In this document: piece by piece, positions 56,976 through 64,000 of the stretch | Layout: each line of letters begins with the position of its first letter | Position numbering within the stretch: the first letter of the stretch is position 1 | Assembly (NCBI GenBank): GCA_026989145.1 | Contig: JALSJU010000123.1 | Location: forward strand, 42,778 to 106,777 | Source: Thiotrichaceae bacterium | GTDB lineage: Bacteria; Pseudomonadota; Gammaproteobacteria; Thiotrichales; Thiotrichaceae | Direction of reading: 5' to 3' | Length of the DNA: 64,000 bases | Notes under the pieces: generated by a model | Databases searched by the model: none | Told to the model about the DNA's origin: nothing | The model's input: only the letters and a program-made list of their open reading frames with translations | Position numbers and translations under genes: made by a program

Positions 56976-58073
56976 ATGTCGAACCATGCACCTAAAGTTG
57001 ATCCTGTATCGTGGCTTGTTTTTATCGCGAGTGCGGTCTCTATTTTATTAGCAGTCTACTTTCTAATCTCGAGCCTAATAAATACAGTTAACAAAAACTC
57101 GACTAAAGGTGAATTAGATAACACCATGAAAGTTGCAGCAGCTTCAGATAATTTGAAGGCAGTAGGACAATCATTAACTGCCGATGCTAAACCAGCTGCA
57201 CCAGTTGCTGCTCGCTCAGGCAAAGAGGTGTTTGATGCCGTTTGTACAGCTTGTCACACTGCAGGCGTTGCAGGTGCTCCAAAGATAACTGATAAAGCAG
57301 CTTGGGAGCCTAGAGTTGCTACTGGTATCGACTCTTTAATGCATTCTGCAATAAATGGTAAAGGCGCAATGCCTGCACGTGGTGGTAACCCATCCGTAAC
57401 AGATGCTGAATTAAAAGCATCCATTGCTTACATGACGAAACAAGCTGGTTTTGATTTAGACATAGGTGAAGCTCCCGCTGCAACACCGACAAAAGAAGCC
57501 GCAGCACCAGAATCTAAAGCAGAAGAAGCTCCTGCTAAAAAAGAATCAGCGTCAACGCAAGCGCCTAATGAAAAACAAGCTAAAAGTGAGCCAGAAACAG
57601 CACAGCCTAAAATTGCTACAACCACAGAAGAAAAGCCAGTAACTGAAAATACAACAACAGAAACTGCCCCTGAAAAAGTGATTGAAGCTCCCGCAACACC
57701 TAAAGAAATTGTAGCACCAAGCGCACCAGAGGCACCTAAAGCTCCTGAGGCTGTTGCTCCCGTTGCGGCAGCCGCTACCGCCATGGTGTCAGAAGCAAAA
57801 GCCACATCAACCGCTCCTTCTGCTGCTGACCTAGAGAAAGGTAAGGCCGTATACAGTAAAACTTGTTTTGCTTGTCACGCTACAGGCGTTGCAGGCTCGC
57901 CAAAACTTGATGACAAAGCCGCATGGGAGCCACGTATCGCTACCGGAATGGATGCCTTATATCACACTGCACTCAACGGTAAAGGTGCTATGCCCGCTAA
58001 AGGTGGAAATATTACTTTATCAGATGAAGATGTGAAAGCAGCTGTAAATTATATGGTTAGTGAAGTGAAATAA
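56976..58073 (+). CDS. Membrane-anchored diheme cytochrome c5 with long Ala/Pro/Glu/Thr linker
   Basis: CTACH and CFACH, each followed by GVAG.PK..DKAAW and G.GAMP.RGG/KGG; N-terminal TM helix. Confidence 0.9.
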   Translation: MSNHAPKVDPVSWLVFIASAVSILLAVYFLISSLINTVNKNSTKGELDNTMKVAAASDNLKAVGQSLTADAKPAAPVAARSGKEVFDAVCTACHTAGVAGAPKITDKAAWEPRVATGIDSLMHSAINGKGAMPARGGNPSVTDAELKASIAYMTKQAGFDLDIGEAPAATPTKEAAAPESKAEEAPAKKESASTQAPNEKQAKSEPETAQPKIATTTEEKPVTENTTTETAPEKVIEAPATPKEIVAPSAPEAPKAPEAVAPVAAAATAMVSEAKATSTAPSAADLEKGKAVYSKTCFACHATGVAGSPKLDDKAAWEPRIATGMDALYHTALNGKGAMPAKGGNITLSDEDVKAAVNYMVSEVK

Positions 58074-58095
58074 AGTAACGCTACTATAAAATATT

Positions 58096-58122
58096 AAAAG
58101 GCACCATTAGGTGCCTTTTTTA
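58096..58122 (+). terminator. Intrinsic terminator
   Basis: AAAAGGCACC-ATTA-GGTGCCTTTTTT. Confidence 0.8.
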
Positions 58123-58236
58123 TATAAAAAAATAAGCTTTATAGGCTCTTCACTAAACACAAAAATTAGAATAATATTAAGGCACGACCTCAATGTAAAA
58201 AAGTCTAAAAAAGGTCAATACAATAAGGGGAATAAA

Positions 58237-58479
58237 ATGAAAAAAGGGTTTATCAATATTGCTGTTAGCTTACTGCTGGCTCTATTCTCATCGGCAATAT
58301 ATGCACAGTCTGATAGTTACTTCGCTATGGGTGAAGACCTCGACTTTTTAATTGAAAGTGACAATACGCTAGCCATACGAGAAATCGAGTACAAGTTACG
58401 CCAGTTTAAAGCGTACCGTGAAATTGAAGATTTTGTTTTTTTATTAACCGATGAGTTCGACCAAGAAGAAAAGAATTAA
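58237..58479 (+). CDS. Small secreted acidic hypothetical protein
   Basis: AAGGGG RBS; signal peptide MKKGFINIAVSLLLALFSSAIYA; the 58111 start in the ORF track lies inside the upstream terminator. Confidence 0.6.
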   Translation: MKKGFINIAVSLLLALFSSAIYAQSDSYFAMGEDLDFLIESDNTLAIREIEYKLRQFKAYREIEDFVFLLTDEFDQEEKN

Positions 58480-58603
58480 TTTCTATAACTGCTTGTTCAA
58501 CTCGTTACCAATATCTTCATCATGATTTTAACTGTAAATTGCTATACTAAAAATTTAACGTTACCAAAATTAAGTTAAGTTAATTCGCAGGATTCTTAAT
58601 AAT

Positions 58604-60553
58604 CTATTTTTTGCTGATAAGCCTTGATACCGCTTGCCTTAATACCTTTAAAACATCTTTTTTTCCACTTAAACCTGCTTGATCTTTGGTTGCTTGCCAC
58701 GAATTTTTCTGTAAAACTTTTAGCATAAGCACCTTATTTTCCATAGTCGTTAATCTTGACTGACCTTCCGGCAAAGTCTTTATTGTGAACTTCCAAATTG
58801 GATGCAAACTATTCTCATAACCACGTTGCTGATAGCCAAAAGCTGCTACTTCTTTTTCCTCACTCTTACTTAACTCAATAAACCCATCCGTATTTAAATC
58901 TGCAAGCACCAACAACGCCAACTCTGTTTCTAATTTCTTAAATGGCTCTGCTAATAACAGTACGTAGTTTTTCGCAAATCGTAACTGTGAGGCTTCGACT
59001 AACGCCAATCCTTTGTTAGTTAACCCTTTAAGCATAATTAGCGAGTGCATTCCACTACTTGCATCTCGTTTCATACTGAGATAAACCGAATCAAACCCCT
59101 GCTTATTCCAAAAATTTAACAGCTCTAAACTAACCCCGTAGCTTGTACTCACATACTCAGCTTTAGAACGATTACACACACTCGTTAGCAAATAACTGCC
59201 AAAGCCTTTATTTTGTAATTGCGGATGAACGGCTATTCGACTAACGCGCTCACCCATCAAGCACGGCGCAAATTCACTGCCGGCATTAGCGGCTAATGCT
59301 TGTGCAACTAAATGTCCTTTTATGCGTCGCTGACCATTAAATATTTGGCTTGCCAGTTTGGCTTCAATAGCACCTTCTTTAATCAACAGTGCTACTGCGA
59401 TTACCTGCCTCTGCTCGGTGAATAACACTTGAATGTTTAAAGCAGTGTCATCTAATAATAACTTTAAATCAGAAGGCTTCGTTTGGTAATGTGCGTTGAC
59501 TAAAAGGCCAAAAACACTTTTTAACAATACCTCATCGTTTAGCAGTGCCTGTTTATCAAGCAGTTCTACGTGACAATCTGCAAGTTTTGTTTGCTTTATA
59601 AATTCTGCTTTGGCAGGTTCTGCATTTAATAATAACGATTTAAAAATAAATTGTTCTAGTGGGTCATTCTTTGGGTATCGCACAGGAGTCTCTAGCTGGC
59701 AATGCTTCCATTGGGGTGTTAGCCCATTTAATGCTTTAAAAAACTTAAGAGTGAAACCTCTCCCACAACCTTCATAACCGTGTAGGGTTGTCGCAAAGAC
59801 GATACGTGAATAATGTTTCACAAAACATTCTAAAAGCGGTATGGGTATTGCACCAGCCTCATCCACTAATACTAACCCAGCTTTTGGTTTCTTCTGCTGT
59901 AATTCATCTGGCGAAAAAAAGAGTAGTCTTGCTTGTGGAAATCTATTTTTTGCGTGCTTAAAAATGACTTCTGCCATTTTTTTGTTCGGTGCAGTGATTA
60001 TAATATTGTCTATACTATCTTTTAACAGAAGAGCGCTTGCAAGTCCGAGTGCGGCAGACTTACCTCTACCTCTATCTGCTGTAATCACTAAAGGTCTGCG
60101 ACGATGCCCTTTTACAACTTTAACAATCGCATCTACTGCTTTTTGCTGATCTTTAGTCGCATAGTCACTATCGATTTTTATGGGCTGAGGTACGCCTAAT
60201 ATATCGGCAGTTTTGCTTAGGTCTAAATACCGAATATTCTTACTGTTAGCTAACAATCTCTCAAAGCGTTGTAAAAATAGGCTTTCTGTGCCCCATGAAA
60301 GTGGCTTTAAAAGGATTAAATAACCACCCGCGCGTATCGTCCCTGAAATAATTCCCAATGCATTTGGATTAAATGACTCAAAAGTATTAAAAATTACTGC
60401 ATCAAACTCCATTCCCAAATAGCTACTAGCAGTGCAAAGGTCATCAAGTTCCAAACATTGTAAGTCTCTGCTTAAATTTTTTGCATAAGCTTGGCAACTT
60501 ACTAGCTCACCTGAGATCACGAGTAATTGACGATACCTTTTTTCAACACTCAT
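58604..60553 (-). CDS. tmcA: tRNA(Met) cytidine acetyltransferase
   Basis: ITADRGRGKSAALG, VDEAGAIP, ATTLHGYEGCGRGF, RIAVHP..GFGS. Confidence 0.93.
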   Translation of the reverse strand: MSVEKRYRQLLVISGELVSCQAYAKNLSRDLQCLELDDLCTASSYLGMEFDAVIFNTFESFNPNALGIISGTIRAGGYLILLKPLSWGTESLFLQRFERLLANSKNIRYLDLSKTADILGVPQPIKIDSDYATKDQQKAVDAIVKVVKGHRRRPLVITADRGRGKSAALGLASALLLKDSIDNIIITAPNKKMAEVIFKHAKNRFPQARLLFFSPDELQQKKPKAGLVLVDEAGAIPIPLLECFVKHYSRIVFATTLHGYEGCGRGFTLKFFKALNGLTPQWKHCQLETPVRYPKNDPLEQFIFKSLLLNAEPAKAEFIKQTKLADCHVELLDKQALLNDEVLLKSVFGLLVNAHYQTKPSDLKLLLDDTALNIQVLFTEQRQVIAVALLIKEGAIEAKLASQIFNGQRRIKGHLVAQALAANAGSEFAPCLMGERVSRIAVHPQLQNKGFGSYLLTSVCNRSKAEYVSTSYGVSLELLNFWNKQGFDSVYLSMKRDASSGMHSLIMLKGLTNKGLALVEASQLRFAKNYVLLLAEPFKKLETELALLVLADLNTDGFIELSKSEEKEVAAFGYQQRGYENSLHPIWKFTIKTLPEGQSRLTTMENKVLMLKVLQKNSWQATKDQAGLSGKKDVLKVLRQAVSRLISKK

Positions 60554-62178
60554 TGTTTCTGCGACAAATGCCAGCGATAATGCGATGTAATCGGGTAACG
60601 ACGATCTTTACCAAAGGCACGTTTTGTAATGCGAACCCCAGGGGCAGATTGACGGCGTTTGTATTCATTTAATAATACAAGATTTGCCACCCGCTCAACC
60701 GTTTCATGCTCATAACCTAGTGAAGCAATTTGATCAACACTTTGAAATTCTTCGATAAAGAGGCTTAATACTGCATCTAAAATATCATAAGGCGGTAGTG
60801 AGTCTTCGTCTATTTGATCAGGTGCTAGCTCAGCAGATGGTGGACGGGTGATGACGCGATCGGGGATTATTTCGCCATCACCTAGGCTATTGCGGTAACG
60901 AGATAAGTCATAAACCATGGTTTTAAAAACATCTTTAAGCGGTGCATAACCACCTGCCATATCACCATACAGTGTCGCGTAGCCAACCGCCATTTCACTT
61001 TTATTACCAGTGGCTAATAACATTTTTCCTAGCTTATTAGACATCGCCATAAGCAACACACCGCGTGAACGCGCTTGAATATTCTCTTCGGTCACGTCAT
61101 TTTCTAAACCTTCAAACTCATCCGAAAGCGCATCAACAAAGCTATTAAAAATTGGCTCAATCGGGATTTCTCGGTATTTTACGCCTTGGGTTCTGGCTTG
61201 TTTTGAAGCATCTTGTTTACTAATATCGGCGGTATAACGAAACGGCATCATAATTGCTTCGACATTTTCAGCCCCAAGCGCATCTACCGCAATAGCCATG
61301 GTTAAGGCTGAATCTATCCCGCCTGATAAACCTAACATCACACCAGGAAAGCCATTTTTGTGAACGTAATCTTTTACACCAAGTACTAGTGCGTTATAAA
61401 TTCTTTGCTGCTTTGTAGATTGTCTTGGTTCAAGTGCTTTGTTAGCTTTTTCAAACGGTATTTCAAGGCTGTAAACACCTGCTTCAAAACTAGGTGCTTG
61501 AAAAATCAACTGACCGGCTTTATCAAGTGCCAAAGATTCTCCATCAAAAACCAGCTCATCCTGTGCCCCAACTAAATTGGCATAAGCAACTGAACAGTTA
61601 CTATCCAGTGACCGTTTTTTAAGTAATGCTAAACGCTCTTCTGATTTATCCGCACGAAATGGTGATGCATTTAAAACAAATAAGGCTTCTGCACCTTCCT
61701 TAACTGCTTTTTTAGCAGGACCTTCACGCCAAATATCTTCACAGATTAACAACCCTACCTTATGTCCATTAATATCAATTACACAGCTTTCTTTACCTCG
61801 CTTGAAATACCGTTTTTCATCAAACACACGATAGTTTGGCAAGTGTTGCTTGGCATATATTTCTTGTCTTTTTCCATTCTTTATAACACAAGCACAATTA
61901 TACAATTGTTTATTTTTTAGTAAGGGTACGCCAATAATTGTAGTGATGCTATTCGTTACTTTTGCAATATCTTCTAGAGCATTTTCAACTTGTTCTAAGA
62001 AAGCAGGGCGGAATAATAAGTCTTCAGGTGGATAGCCCGTTAATACTAATTCAGGGAATAATATGGCATCGTCTTTATTCGCCTTTGCTTGTTCGATCGC
62101 ATCTATAATGAGTTGGATATTATGTTTAAAACTACCAACAGTAGGATTAACTTGTGCAATTGAAAGTTTTAATGACAT
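60550..62178 (-). CDS. nadE: Glutamine-dependent NAD+ synthetase
   Basis: Nitrilase domain (FPEL, K..LPNY.VFDEKRYF, ICED) plus LGLSGGIDSA, ENIQARSRG, TGNKSE, PPSAEL. Confidence 0.96.
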   Translation of the reverse strand: MSLKLSIAQVNPTVGSFKHNIQLIIDAIEQAKANKDDAILFPELVLTGYPPEDLLFRPAFLEQVENALEDIAKVTNSITTIIGVPLLKNKQLYNCACVIKNGKRQEIYAKQHLPNYRVFDEKRYFKRGKESCVIDINGHKVGLLICEDIWREGPAKKAVKEGAEALFVLNASPFRADKSEERLALLKKRSLDSNCSVAYANLVGAQDELVFDGESLALDKAGQLIFQAPSFEAGVYSLEIPFEKANKALEPRQSTKQQRIYNALVLGVKDYVHKNGFPGVMLGLSGGIDSALTMAIAVDALGAENVEAIMMPFRYTADISKQDASKQARTQGVKYREIPIEPIFNSFVDALSDEFEGLENDVTEENIQARSRGVLLMAMSNKLGKMLLATGNKSEMAVGYATLYGDMAGGYAPLKDVFKTMVYDLSRYRNSLGDGEIIPDRVITRPPSAELAPDQIDEDSLPPYDILDAVLSLFIEEFQSVDQIASLGYEHETVERVANLVLLNEYKRRQSAPGVRITKRAFGKDRRYPITSHYRWHLSQKQ

Positions 62179-62242
62179 GTGTAAAAACCCAAAAATATGA
62201 TGCCATGATTTTACACTTTATTGGTACGAAAGTCGCAGGCAT

Positions 62243-62277
62243 AAAAAAGCCACTCTTATATTAAACAAGAGTGGCCG
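62243..62277 (-). terminator. Intrinsic terminator after mscL
   Basis: Minus strand GGCCACTCTTG..AAGAGTGGC-TTTTTT. Confidence 0.7.
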
Positions 62278-62293
62278 ACCTGAAACTATTTAA

Positions 62294-62686
62294 TTACTTC
62301 TTTTGTAATGCATCGCGAATTTCAGTTAGTAATTCTTCTTGAGTTGGACCTGCTTCTTCTTCCTCTTTATCATTACGTGTAGCAATTTTTACGATAATAA
62401 ATACTACGGCCATAATAATTAAAAAATCAATAAAACTTTGAACAAACGAACCCCATTTCAACATTAATGGGTCAAGGCCTTTTTCTCCACCACCTTTCTC
62501 TGCGAGTTCATATCCAAGGTCAGCAAAATTAACCCCTCCTAAAGCTACACCAATTGGCGGCATAATTACGTCATTTACTAACGATGAAATTAATTTTCCT
62601 GATGCTACACCAATAATAATACCGGTTGCCATATCAATAAGGCTTCCGCCCAGTGCAAATTCTTTAAAGTCTGAGATCATTCCCAT
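62294..62686 (-). CDS. mscL: Large-conductance mechanosensitive channel
   Basis: FKEFA..GSLIDMATGIIIG, LVNDVIMPPIG, LLTEIRDAL. Confidence 0.95.
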   Translation of the reverse strand: MGMISDFKEFALGGSLIDMATGIIIGVASGKLISSLVNDVIMPPIGVALGGVNFADLGYELAEKGGGEKGLDPLMLKWGSFVQSFIDFLIIMAVVFIIVKIATRNDKEEEEAGPTQEELLTEIRDALQKK

Positions 62687-62918
62687 TTTGTATTTCTCCT
62701 TGAGTTAAAAAAGACCATATAATATATGGATAGAAACAGTTTAACTTACTTTATTTAAGTTATCTAGCTAAGTATTTGATAACACCCTAATCTATTAATT
62801 TAATTAAACCTTGTTTATAGCTACGTATTAATTTGTTAGTTTTTAGTTCATTTTAAATACACAACATATTAGTCACTAAGCCATTGCCTCAACTAACGTA
62901 CGGTTGTATCTTACACCA

Positions 62919-64000
62919 ATGACAGATCATCAAAAATATCAACCTTATCCTGAAACGATTGCAGCTGTCGACTTAGGCTCTAACAGTTTTCACCTCATAG
63001 TTGCCCGTGTCGATGAACTTGGCAACATCACCATGATTGATCAACTCAAAGAAATGGTTCGCTTACGTGGTGGTCTTAATAGCAACAATGATATGAATGA
63101 AGTTATTGCAAAAAATGCCTTAGATTGTTTAGAACGCTTTGGTGATCGAATTCGTCATTTACCCAAAGATGCAGTAAGGGCAGCAGGTACTAATACTTTA
63201 CGATCAATGAATAAGGCGAACTCTTTTTTACATAAAGCAAATGCAGCATTAGGGCACCGTATCGAAATTATTCCTGGACATGAAGAAGCCCGTTTGGTTT
63301 ATTTAGGTGTTTCTCACACTATTTCCGATGATGAGGGTAAGCAGCTAGTCATTGATATTGGTGGCGGTAGTACTGAATTTATTATAGGTAAAAATTTTGA
63401 ATCACTTAATGTAGAAAGTTTAAATATTGGCTCTGTGAGTATTACCAAGCGGTTTTTCCCTGATGGTGATTTAAGCGATGATAAATGGCAGTCAGCCAAC
63501 ACCGCCTTACGCTTAGAAATTATACCAATTCAGCAGGCTTTTTCCGCTAACAACTGGCAAACCGCTATTGGCTCTTCTGGCACCATAAAAGCAGCACGTG
63601 CCATCATTCTCGAAGCTGGTTTAAGTCAGTTTGGAATTTCATTAGATGCACTCTACCAAATTCGCGATAAGCTTATTCTTATGGGTAATATTAATAATAT
63701 TCAGTTAGATGGTCTAAAAGAAGATCGAGCGCCTGTATTTGCCGGTGGTTTAGCGGTACTTATCGCTGCTTTTGAAGCACTAAAAATTGATCATATGACG
63801 ATCTCTGAAGGCGCACTTCGTGAAGGTTTATTATACGATATGCTTGGACGAATTCAGCATGAAGATGTACGAGATAGAACAGTGCAAGATTTTATGCAAC
63901 GGTTTAGTATTGATCCTTTACAGGCGCAACGTGTTAAAGACACCGCACTACATTGCTTTAAACAAGTTCGTAAGTCATGGGGTATACCAAAAAGACGTAA
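62919..64000 (+). CDS. ppx: Exopolyphosphatase Ppx/GppA, partial (runs off the window; absent from the ORF track)
   Basis: ATG at 62919; AAVDLGSNSFH, GTNTLR, GHEEARL.YLGV, DIGGGSTE, GSSGTI, GALREG; frame stays open to 64000. Confidence 0.93.
   Translation, partial: MTDHQKYQPYPETIAAVDLGSNSFHLIVARVDELGNITMIDQLKEMVRLRGGLNSNNDMNEVIAKNALDCLERFGDRIRHLPKDAVRAAGTNTLRSMNKANSFLHKANAALGHRIEIIPGHEEARLVYLGVSHTISDDEGKQLVIDIGGGSTEFIIGKNFESLNVESLNIGSVSITKRFFPDGDLSDDKWQSANTALRLEIIPIQQAFSANNWQTAIGSSGTIKAARAIILEAGLSQFGISLDALYQIRDKLILMGNINNIQLDGLKEDRAPVFAGGLAVLIAAFEALKIDHMTISEGALREGLLYDMLGRIQHEDVRDRTVQDFMQRFSIDPLQAQRVKDTALHCFKQVRKSWGIPKRR

Overview
A 64-kb, AT-rich gammaproteobacterial chromosomal window; gene content and style suggest a marine Thiotrichaceae-like organism (inference only). 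Most of it is housekeeping: glnK-amtB, sdhCDAB-sdhE, zapE, apt, purEK, hemW, rsmA, gshB, tsaE-amidase, queG, rsmE, lysA, tmcA, nadE, mscL and a partial ppx. No rRNA, tRNA or CRISPR array was recognised. Accessory or unusual parts: (1) a translationally coupled pair of phage-like genes, a capless HAD phosphatase and a T7 gp0.7-like kinase, behind purEK (31828-32894); (2) a yefM-yoeB toxin-antitoxin pair overlapping an OLD-family ATPase/TOPRIM nuclease (15731-17982); (3) a sigma54/NtrC-type controlled cytoplasmic nitrate reductase paired with a DmsB-DmsC-like fusion (8595-12829); (4) a non-coding array of 106-107 bp structured repeats plus a GTAG-REP pair, bracketed by 20-bp direct repeats (43028-43541); (5) several 160-170 bp MITE-like nested hairpins, some inside promoter regions; (6) an OmpA-family protein with five 59-aa coiled-coil repeats; (7) a secreted trypsin-like protease/FHA membrane protein pair; (8) an orphan Csu-like pilin and a frameshifted GFA gene. 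All family assignments come from motif recognition by eye; no database searches were run.
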